Shown: in pieces, positions 15,100 to 26,300 of the stretch
Numbering within the stretch: the stretch's first letter is position 1
How the letters are laid out: every line of letters starts with the position of its first letter
Assembly: GCA_040285855.1 (NCBI GenBank)
Contig: JAUFOQ010000004.1
Coordinates: 1,302,001 to 1,366,000, forward strand
Length of the DNA stretch: 64,000 bases
Source: Eukaryota sp. GEM-RC1
Taxonomy: Eukaryota
Direction: 5' to 3'
Made by a program: the position numbers and the translations under genes
The notes under the pieces: model-generated
Told to the model about the DNA's origin: nothing
The model's database searches: none
Seen by the model: the letters and a program-made list of their open reading frames with translations, nothing else

Positions 15100-15386
15100 G
15101 TCAGGGTGTTTTTAAAAAAAACAGATTCGTTCTCATTTTGGGTGGATACTACTAGTAGTATCCCCATTTTACCAATTCCCCCACACCCCTAATTCCCACC
15201 ACTTCATCAACACAATGAACACTTTTAGGAACAACAACATCATCCATAATTGGTATACTCGGATCTGCACAAAATTTCAAACAATGAATTAAAATGATTG
15301 AAATCTCGTGGAAGACCATGTTGATTTCCCATAGTATCCAAATCCAAATCAATAGTAGATGGCTTATCATGATAAAAAGTTGAATA

Positions 15387-16087
15387 TTACCATTGATATA
15401 ATCCCATATTAGGTACTGGAGAACTTCTTCCAATGCTTAAAATCTTTAAACTTCTCCAAAACCGAACCCTACTTAAGGTCACATAAAGCTGCGCATATTC
15501 CCAGAACTGAATAGCAACTTCAATCCCGTCAATTGTGAAACCCTGGGATCGATGGACTGTTATCGCCCAGCAAGGTCTTAGCGGAAACTGAATTCTTTTT
15601 GCCACTTGAAAAGGTCTTCCGAAATTTGACTGATAGATTCTTTTTGGTTCTGCTTCAGCGTTGAACCGTACATCAATATATGTGACTGAAAAATTAACAA
15701 TAACTCCTTTTGAACCATTAACTAGTCCAAGTTCTGGTTTGTTTTGAGTTTACATCACTTGTCCTCCAACAACACAGTCAAGTTTTTTTCCGGCAACATC
15801 TTCCAATCGATTTGACAGTACAGAAGTTTCAAAAAAACTAGAAAATCTCTAAAACAAATCACTTGAAATCCTCCAAATGGTTTCTTCGGAGTGTGACATT
15901 TTGGCGTCTGCATAAGCTCACTCAAAATGTCACTCGTCCGTTGGAACAAATTGGAGGATATCAATTGAAATTTCATCACTGCACCAGAGAGCTTGTAGAA
16001 GATATGATTTTCCAGATCCTGCTCCACCAGTGACAAAGAAGTTGTGTCTGCTGGTAGTGATTGCGTTAAAGATCTCACGTTGGTCAT
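15387..16087 (-). pseudogene. PIF1: Degenerate PIF1-family helicase fragment (possibly Helitron-derived)
   Basis: KPFGGFQVICFRDFL (cf. PFGGxQxIxxGDFxQL). NKPELGLVNGSKGVIVNF read at ~15690-15745. RIQFPLRPCWAITVHRSQGFTID...QLYVTLSRVR (PIF1 C-terminal motifs). Walker A and Rep domain not seen. Confidence 0.8.
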
Positions 16088-16626
16088 CTGTGAGATTGAT
16101 GTTGTGTATAGTGCTTGGTGCTATTGAGTTGATGGATTGTTTTAACGCAAGGAAACTTGGTCTTCATCAAAATTCTCTTTCACTTCACAACCTGACTTTA
16201 TGCCGTAGTTTGAGTTTTTTCAATTTATCCCGCAATTATATTGGCCGAATCTTTGAAGATACGGATCCATTTCTTGTTTCTCAGTTTGACTCTTATAGGT
16301 TGACTTTACACGTTATAAAACATAGACAATATCCAATATTTATACTTACTTCCTTCGTTCAGATCCTGGATGATTGTTTCACGAGATGTTTGATAGATAC
16401 GAGATGTGTTTGGCAAGATGTTCTTTATTTATACTATACTACTTAGTTCGTCCAGATCCTAGCTGAATGTTTCACAAGATGCTTGATAGATACATGATGT
16501 TTGACAGAGACAAGATGTGTAACACAAAATGTGTTGGTCAAGACATGTAATACAAGATGTGTAATACAAGATCTATAGCAATATTTTAAATATTGCTGGG
16601 TTGTAGGGTTGTTAAAAGGTCACATG

Positions 16627-18756
16627 TAGGGATGGTAATGGATTGGTTTGGTTTGGTTTTGGTTCTCAAAATTTGAACCAAACCAACCCAGAACCACACA
16701 CGTCTAAACCACACCAAACCAGCACCATAGACGTCTGAACAAAACCAGAACCACGAACCATATGGTTCTATGTATTTGTATCAATAGTATTGTGTTTACT
16801 TGGAATAATACAATACACATCTTTCTTACATGTCTGATATACAATATCTTTCGGAGAGGAACCTGAACCCCAACCTGAAGCTAAACACCAACTTGAACCC
16901 CAACCTGAAGCTCGTTTAACTTCTCCAACGAAGTCCATCGTGTGGAACTACTTCTCGAAAGATGATAGCAAGGCAAGATGTTCTTTATGTCTCCCTATCA
17001 TCACTGAGTACACTCATTCCAAATCCTCCGGAACTTCTACTTTAAAGAAGCACTTGGATAGATGCCATTCTGGCTGGGATACAGGTACTGCTCTTCCTTG
17101 CAAACAAACTATTCTCAACTTTAACGTCCGTGAGGCGTCATCTCTTTCATCATCTTCTTTGTCAGTCTCAAAACAAAATGAACTGGAGGAACTTCTTTTG
17201 ACCTGGGTCAGAGAAGAATGCCAGAGCTATAGTTCGTTGCAGGCGAAGTCGTTTGTCGCAATTTTGAACTTCTTTAATTCAACTGTAACTGGTGTGGAGC
17301 GACACGATGTGTAAGAAAAATTTTTTTAACCAAGTATAACAGCGCCATTGCGAGTTTCAAAGTGTGTTTTGACACCATCAACTCAAAGATTTCACTAACA
17401 ACGGATCTTTGGACATCCACTGCAGGTGTTCCTTTTATTGGTGTTACAGCACACTATCTTGCTGATGACTTCACTTTTCACAATGTGACTTTGGATACTC
17501 TCCAATTACCTCATCCTCATAATGGTGAGCAAATTGCTGACGCCATTTATGAACTTCTTGAAAAGTTTGATTTGACTCAAAAGATTATGTCTATTACACA
17601 TGACAATGCTACAAACGTCATTTCAGCTATTGCAATACTGAATGACAAATATCATCTACAAATTCAATCAAAGAGATGTGCTGCTCACATCTTAAATGTC
17701 ATTGTTTACAGTGCTTTTCCTCGTTTTCACAAACTATTGCAAAAAGTGAGATCTTTTGTAAATCATTATCGTCGGAGCAGTTTTACCTCTCAATTAATGA
17801 ACGAAATCGCAACCAATAACTATTTCCCAACTCCCACAAAGCTGCAAATTGATGTTGTCACGCGTTGGAATTCCACTTTCACCATGATTGAAGGTTATTT
17901 AAAAAACTTACAAGTTATTGACATGGCCATCTCGAGAATAGGTGGTAATGTGACAAAATACCGTCTATTCATGGAAAAAACTGAGTCTTTAAGACATCTT
18001 ATGAACTTTTTGAAGAAATTCAAGGAAGTAACTCAGGTGATTTCTGGAAGTACATATCCTACTTTAGCAGCAGCTGGAGTGTGTTTTGAAGATATTGAAG
18101 AGCACGTGGCCACGTACCATTTAAGTTCTCCCGAGGAAGAAACCGAATGGAGTAAGTGTATTGAGAGAGCCACTTTTTTTATGTGGGAGAAACTAATGAA
18201 GTAGAACCAACATCTGTCAATGATCCATTAGAGTGGTGGTGCTCATCTAGAAATCGTTTTCAGTGGCTTGCCAAAATTGCAAGGGACTTTCTTGCAATTC
18301 AAGCCATATTTGTCCCTTGTGAACAACTATTTTCTTTGGCTTGATGTACTGTGACCAAATTACGTAATCGATTAAGCCATGATAGTGTACAAGCCTTGAT
18401 GACTCTGCGATCTTGTCTCAAAAACAACATTAGATGATAGTTGATCTAATGTGAAATAGAAATAAATAAACTACTTAAAAAGAAATAAATAAATAAATAC
18501 GTAAATAACTACTTTAATATAGAGATATTAATAAAAATGAGGTTTCAAACACTTCTGTTCCTCGGTTCTTTAAGGGTGTTATGTAAGTAAACACAGACAT
18601 GCTGAAGTCATCATGGTTCTGGTTTGGTCCTGGTTTTTGCAGTTGGGACCAAACCAGAACCAAAACCATGATGGTTCCGGATTTTAGAACCAAACCAGAC
18701 CAAACCAATCCTATTTATTGGTTTAACCAGAACCATTGGTTTTTCTGCCATCCCTA
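16627..18756 (+). mobile_element. hAT (Ac-like) DNA transposon, 2,130 bp, internally deleted
   Basis: TIR TAGGGATGG / CCATCCCTA. 8-bp TSD gtcacatg (16619-16626) / gtcacagg (18757-18764), 1 mismatch. Dense AAACC/GGTTT subterminal repeats at both ends. Encodes hAT transposase remnants. Confidence 0.93.
16830..18437 (+). pseudogene. hAT transposase with BED zinc finger and C-terminal dimerization domain, disrupted
   Basis: BED finger VWNYF..ARCSLC..GTSTLKKHLDRCH; ISLTTDLWTS; ITHDNATN; RCAAHILN; TRWNST; DPLEWW..LAKIARDFLAIQA..PCEQLFS..LRNRL in another frame after 18200. Has frameshifts, an in-frame TGA, and lacks the segment between KLMK and the dimerization domain. Confidence 0.92.
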
Positions 18757-20365
18757 GTCACAGGTCAAAGGTCAGTTTCAATAAATTTGATGACCTTGGA
18801 CCTGACCTTGAACCTGACCTTTTAACAACCCTTAATATTTATCTACTTGCACAGATACTTACAAAATTACTTCACTACGATGTCGTAAATCTGCAAGAAC
18901 TCATCACATAAATTATCCACGTCAATCTCAATCTCTGACATTTTCCAAGTCAAAACGTGTTTGCAGTCAACAAAATCACTTCGTTCTAAAACAAATCTAA
19001 ACAAATTGACAACTTCAGTATAATCATTATAATTACTCTTTGTTAAAACCATGTTAACAAAAATCAAAACAAACTTTGAAAGAGACAGACAATAATCATT
19101 GTCGTCAAGTAATAACAACAGTTAATCCTCAATCTTTCCTAAATAGACTTCTCTTAAATGACTATCATCATGAAGTGAACTTTGGAAGAGTACATGAATT
19201 TACTGTTGAGTAGATGCGTGAACTGCCAAAAATGAGATGCTCTGATTAAGACTTGGTCAACATTACAAATTTCTGATGAAGGTTAGGAAAGAGTTGACAC
19301 AAGATCTTTTAAGGAAGTTGATGTAGATGTGGTCACAGAATCATCTCCTAAAGAAGTACAACGGTCACAATTGCATAAGGTTATCAAACTTCTGTTGGAG
19401 TGTTCGTGATATTGTACTAACAGACTTGACATCGATTCAAGAGAAGAAGACTCGTTCAAAGACAATGAGATGCAGATGAAGGAGAATTTGTTTTGCTGGC
19501 AAAATTTCAACGAACTCATCAGCAAACATTCTGTCTCGGAAACGTCGTCTTTATGCTTATCAGCTAAAGTATGCATCTAAACATCAAGATGTATACAATG
19601 TCTTTTCATTTACTGAGACAAAACAAACTTCTACTTCATCTTGCAATCTCGAAATCAATGGAGATTATATCTTAATCACTCGAGCTTCTGATAGTACTTC
19701 TGATATCGCAGTGTCCACCAACAATACAACATGGTTTAAAAATGTTGTTGGTGATAATATTAAGGAAAACATTGCATTCTTTATTAACAAAGAAACTCAT
19801 CTTCTTGAAGAAAAGAATGGTACGACTAATTCATTGTCCTCTCAAAAATTGTATAATGTTTTGATTAAAGATCAATCTGACTCATCAATAGATTTCTACT
19901 ATAGCATATCTACTGATTTCTACTCATATAATATATACAACAGACTTACCGTCAGCGTCACACTTCGGTTGAAGTGGTTCAATGGTGATTCCATGACGAG
20001 GATCCCAAGAACTGACAGCTGGGTAACTGTATGTATTTCCAGCCTCCCTGTTGTACCAATCGCCAAGAAACTGTTCCACGACATGAGGAGAGACACCAGG
20101 TTGAACATTACGAAGAAGGCAATGCCTACGTTGTGGCACACGGTTCCTAAGGACTGGATGCCATGGGCGAAACTTTGCTAGGTGCCACATTTCAGGGTCA
20201 GAGATTGATACATTCTGATCATGTTACTTGACTTGAGTCATTGAACAACTCTAGGGTCAACACACATGTCACACCGATATGGTGTTTTTTTTAAAAACTC
20301 TTGTAGGAAAGTTGTTAATCTGCAACTTCCCTCAACAACTGCAACATCCTCTACCACAATCATAT

Positions 20366-23300
20366 ATGATAGTAGTCATTCTGATCCTTTGTTGTTATGC
20401 GTTTGCCTCAGTTTATCGTTGGAATGCTACAACTGATGGGTTTTGGACTGATGGTAACAACTGGGAAACGGGTATAGCTCCTTCAAAACATTCTTTCGCT
20501 TATTTTCCACCTCAAACCTTTCCTATAACAGTAATTGTTGAATCTAAAGTTCTTGTATCATCTCTCACACTCTCCTCCAATGTAGAGCTTCTTTTCACAA
20601 ACAACTCTACCCTCACTGTTTCTGATAGCCTCGTCATCAACGGGGGTAGCTTGAGTACTAATCTTTCTTCACCTCTCTTATTTTCTTCTGTTGAATCTCT
20701 CGTTGTGGATGCTGTTGACCATGTTACTCTCTCTTCTCACAAACTTATAGTCACTGGACTCTTTGACTGGAAACGTGGGTCAATTGATCTAGATGGCTCC
20801 AGTGAACTTGTTTTGGTCAATGTTACTTCCTTCTCCTCTTCTGATAGTGACTTTTCTCAGGACCCCAACGATCTTTATGTTTGGGGGTTCAATTCAAATG
20901 GTCAACTTGGAGGAGACTTGCAAACTTCTTCTGATGGTATTTCCCCTGAATCTTATAGTATTCATGTTTCTATTAGACAAGCTTCTCTTGGAAGATATCA
21001 TTCTCTTGTACTCTCAACAAGTGGTGACGTTTACACAGCTGGAAGTAACGTTTACGGTCAATTAGGATATCTTGGTGAAGGAAGAACTGTGCATGACAAA
21101 ATAGAACTATCGAATATTATTCAAGTACTCTCATCTCATAACTCTAGTTTTGCTTTAACTGCTTCTGGTCACGTGTTCTCTTGGGGAGGTAATTTTAATG
21201 GAGAATTAGGTTTAGGAGATGTAATTGACAGAAATACTCCCAGTTTAATTGAAAATTTAAATAATATTCAACAAATTGCTGGTCGACACTCTACAGTATT
21301 TGCTTTAACTAGAAATGGTAAAGTATTTGCATGGGGAAGTAGTGATTTCAATATTTTGTGTTCCCAAAGTACAATGAATGTTCTTGTGCCATCGTTAATT
21401 GAGTATCTTGACAAAGTGAAATTTATTGCTGCTGGACGTGCTTCTTTTTTCATCAAAGAGGATGGTTCTACTCTTACGTGTGGTAGAAAATTAGGAACTA
21501 CTGATGAACCTCAACCGCCATTCACTCATTTTGCTAGTGATATTGAGTTTACTTTTATTGACACGACTCTTAATCACGCTCTTGGAATTGATGTTAACCA
21601 GAAGCTGTGGAGTTGGGGTTGGAATAGTGACGGTAGACTAGGAACTGGTGATGAGGAAACTTCTCTTGATCCAGTAGCTGTAGTTAACATTGGAAACGTG
21701 ATCACTGTAGCTGCAGGAAGAGATCATTCTATTGCTGTTGACGTCAACAATGACGTGTGGTCTTGGGGTACTACTAGTAGTCAATCTCTGGGTAGAACTA
21801 CTACTACAGCAGGGTCACATTCTCCTAGTAAGATTTCTACTCTAGGAGACAAGGGGATTACGTGTTTTACTGCATATCAAAGGGCAAATATGGCTTTTAC
21901 TTCGGTTCCTATGGTTGTTAATTTGATGACGTCATCATCTGGTACTGGATTGATGACTTTGGAAGAAAAACAATTATATCACAAGAGACTCTTTTAATAT
22001 TGGTATTCAACAGTTTAATCACATCTTTCTTCCAGTTTTTCTTTCTGGTTCATTGAATCTAACCAGCGATTCTTTCTTTTTCTTGTCTGAATTCAATTTA
22101 AATGCAATTATGTCAATTAATTCGCCAGTTGAGAATCTTTTCACTTTACTTTTTCTGGGAGCTTCTGAATGTTCAACTCTTTCTTTAGAATCTAATGTTT
22201 TTGTTGAAACTTTGTACTGGTATTGTGGAACAATTGAAGGTGTTGGAGAATTGAAAGTAAATACGTTGGTGTTTTGTTCTTCTAATCCTGAACTAAAATT
22301 AAGTAGAATTTCTATAGGTAAAATGATGATGTCTGAATTAAATGTTGAATTAAAGCTGACTAATGATTTAATTTTTTCTGTTAATGGAATAATTGAAATA
22401 GCACAGTTGTCTTTCTATTCAGATTTGGATGTTAATTTAACTTTGAGTGGAAATATTAAATTGGTCAACACTTCATTGAACCTTTGTGTCGATTCTCATA
22501 TAAATTCAAAGATTCAATTAGACCAGAGTTCTAAAATTCAAATTATTTCATCTTCATCTACTCTTGGATTTGATCTTTCGTTGTTTCTTTATTATGATTG
22601 GTCAGAAAGTTCTTCTGGAAATGATCTTTCTGGTAATAATAATAATGTACTAGAAGTTTCTGGTGCTCAGTGGAATTCTGATGGTTATTACCAATTTAAA
22701 ACTTCTACTGACGTTATCAAAATTCCAAATATTCCAGGCAAAATCGGCTGGGAATCAGCTACAGTTGCATTTTCAATATGGTTTGACACTGACACTACCA
22801 TTAGATTCGGATTTGGTACTAATCATTCTGGTTGTGGATTAGTTATTGGAGATCAGTTATCTTTTGGTGATGTAACCATTGAAGATCTGTCGATTCCAAG
22901 AAATCAATGGATCTCATTGATTGTTACTACAGATCATAGTGGAGCTCAAATGTATATTAATGGAGCTCTGAGTGCTTCTGTGAACGGGAAGTATGACTGT
23001 GATGAGTTTGCTGATTTCTTCCCTTTGGGATCTGTCTATTACAAGAGTGGTAATGACTGGGTACCATCGTCTGATCAGTTTTTTAAAGGTAGAATTAGAC
23101 GAGTTGTTGTTTTTACACAGAAACTTGCTGACATTGAAGTTAAATCACTTTCTGAAACTCAATTAGGATCTTTAACTCAATTAATTGGTGATGGAAATTT
23201 AGTTATCCAAAACTCTTCTCTTCTTGTAAACTCGTTATCAACTATGGGTTTAAATAGTCTTTATTCTTTTAATTCTTCGTTATTCATTGTTTCATCTGCT

Positions 23301-26300
23301 TTATTTGGAGTAGTCAATACTGTCGCTAAAGGAGGTTCAACTATTGAAATCCATGGACGTTTCCTTTCTACTGACTTCTTCCTTCCTAATCTTGAGTTAG
23401 ATTATTCCTCATTTACTTCAACTACTTTGAAACTTCATTTTGATGTTCTTTCTTTGTCAAGTGGTGACTTTATTAGTGACAGTTACTTGGAAGCTTCAGT
23501 CATTTATTGGTATGCTGGTTCATTATCTTTACATGAAGGCAAAGTAAACGTCATCAATCTTTATGGTGACGACAAGGTATTACTGGTAGAATCATTGACA
23601 ATTACAGATGAGGTGTTTTTAATAATTCTCTTACATTACATTCAAATATTCATCAATTAGATTTTAATTCCGTAATTTTGAAGTGTACTCCTTTGTCCTC
23701 TCTGTTCTTGTCTTGTTCTACTGACTGTACTTCTATGGAGTTAAATTTTTACAATACTTTTTTTTGTCTGAATATTGTTTGTTTCGGACTAATTTTGATA
23801 TCTCAAACTATGCCTTCTTTACTCTCAATTCAAATTCCTTTTCCAAACTGAATTCTCTTTTAAGTCTCATATTATTATACAAGTTCAACAGCAAGCAGAA
23901 TTCTCTGTTCTTTCTTCTAATTTCACCATCAACAGCACTTTTGATTCCTCTGATCCTGACATGTTTCTTTACTACAACTGGATTGATTCACCTAGCCCAA
24001 TTGACTTCTCAGGAAATCACGATTCCAGTGCAATCAAAATTGATGGACCAGTGTGGGAAAGTGATGAAAATGGTGGTTATTTGAAAATTACGCCAGGTAA
24101 TACTTTGCATGTCCCAAACCTTCCTGGTACTACTGGCTGGATCCAAGCCACAATTGCGATGTGGCTGAACATTAAAGGAGGGGGTATGGGAATCTTATCA
24201 AATGATCATTGTAAATTTTCAATCGAACCTACTCGAATTTGTTGGGGTTCAGCTTGTTCTACAATACACTTCCCAGCTGGGAATTGGTTTTATTTGGCAA
24301 TTGTAACAACTTTAGAAGAAAATTTACGCTCGAAAGCTAACATTTATATCAATGGAAAATATATTAATACAATTTCATCCAGTGGATACAACTGCCCTTC
24401 CCCCTCCTTCGTACTTTCCCCTTTCAAGAGTGTATCCTTCAGGTTCATTTTTCCGAGGTATGCTTCGTGCTGTATTAGTGTTTCGAAGAGTTTTATCAGC
24501 TGAAGAGATAAGTGATATTGATTTTAGTTTTCCTGTTAGTGTTGGGGGTCAAGGAAAGTTCTCATTTATTAATTCTTATTGTGCTCTTTCATCTTTGTAC
24601 TTTGAAATTCGTTTTTTATCATTAACTTCGTCATTTCTACAATCAAGCAACGGCGGACTTGGGCACCTTGTAGAACTTGATCTTAGTTCTAATTCAGAGA
24701 TGGTTTTTGTCCGTAGTCGCGACTTTGATTCTAGTAATCTTACTGTCTTTTTTAGACTCAAGCAAACTTCGTTATGTAGAGTTTGATTCTGATATCCAGG
24801 TTTTTATTGATTCAGTTTATCTAACAAATACTTCTTCTGTAATCACTGATGCTATTCTACATGTAGGCAATTTTCACTGGCTTGAGGGTGAGTTCTTCCC
24901 GCCTGGCAACATATTTTTAAAAATACTTGTCTTGTATGGTGATTCTAAAACTTGGTTTCTGAACTCTTTAATTATTGAAGAAGAATTACATTTCAATAAT
25001 TCTCTTACTTTTTCCACCTCTCATCTCAGTTTAATTTCTGTTTCTGTTACTTGTTTTCCTGGTTCAGAACTTCTTCTTGATTCACATTCTTTTGATGAAG
25101 GTTTATTTGAAGTCAAGAACCATCTTCATCTAACTTCCAATTGTTCTCTCACTTCACTATCACCAGTTCAAAGTACTGGGATTATTACTCTTACGAATCA
25201 CTCAGTACTAACTCTTTTGAATGATTTTAGTTCATCAGGTGTACTTGAGATTTATTATGATGGAGAGTTAGTTCTTAAGAATACTACTATTACGTTTAAT
25301 GGTTCGCTGTATTTACATGAAGAACTTTTTCTGTACTATAATTGGATTACGTCATCTAATCAAATTGATTACTCAATGAATCATGATACCAATGCTATCA
25401 TAATTGATGGACCAGAGTGGAAAACTGACGATATCGGTGGTTATTTAGATATCATACCTGGTAACACTCTCCATATTCCAAATATTCCTGGAGAATTTGG
25501 ATGGAGAGATGCATCCATTTCTCTCTGGATTTACTTTGAAGAAGGAGGAATGGGTTTTTGGGGCCAGAGTCCTTGTATTTTGTACCTAACAACAAACCTA
25601 ATTTGGTGGGGTGACTATTACTTGATACATATTAAATTCCCTCTTAAAGAATGGTTTCATCTGGTGATCACTTTTGATCAATCAGAAGTTTACTTTTATG
25701 TTGATGGAGAGTTTTTGTATACATTTCAACCAGATACTCCGTATGGTTGCCCCAACGGACATCGCTCTTTTTCCCACTTTCAGACATTACAGATGCCCCT
25801 CAGAAGTTTCGAGGAAAGATTCGTGCAGTTCAAATTTTCACCAAGACTTTAACAGTATCTGAAATTAATCAATTAACAATCGAGCTACCTACATCTGTTT
25901 GGGGACAAGGAAAAGTTTCTCTATTAAACTCCAACGTTGAGTTCTTATCTTCTAAGTTTTTCATTAGATCACTTTCTTTAACTTCTTCAAAACTTCAAGC
26001 AAATAACGTTGTTTTTAGAGATTTAGATCAACTCGAGTTGTATATTGAGTCTAGAATGAACTTAAGCCAAAACGCGAAAATCTATTCTGATCGTCTTTCA
26101 ATAACGTTAAATTCCAGTGAGCTCTTTTATGATGATTCAGTCAACATTTCCACGTCCATAATTAGTTTGATTGCTTTCAAAAGCCATTTTCAGAATGATT
26201 TTGAGTTTGATACTATTCAAATTTTGAACTTGTCATTATCAAATTTTCAGTCAACATCTAGTACTGGAATAGCTGTTGGCCATTTCTCTTGTGTTTATTG

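Larger units (their letters stand above)
16605..18832. mobile_element. ~90-bp TIR element (MITE-like) split by the hAT insertion
   Basis: 18-bp perfect inverted repeat AGGGTTGTTAAAAGGTCA (16605-16622) / TGACCTTTTAACAACCCT (18815-18832), with internal AGGTCA/TGACCT repeats. No clear TSD. Confidence 0.65.

Noticed and set aside
16630..16770. CRISPR-like or telomeric short repeats (AAACC/GGTTT)
   Set aside because: Irregular, mirrored at the other end of the hAT element, and without spacers: these are subterminal repeats.
18867..19576. Protein-coding gene(s) on the minus strand
   Set aside because: Short broken ORFs with no recognisable motif; probably decayed gene-family debris, but not supportable.
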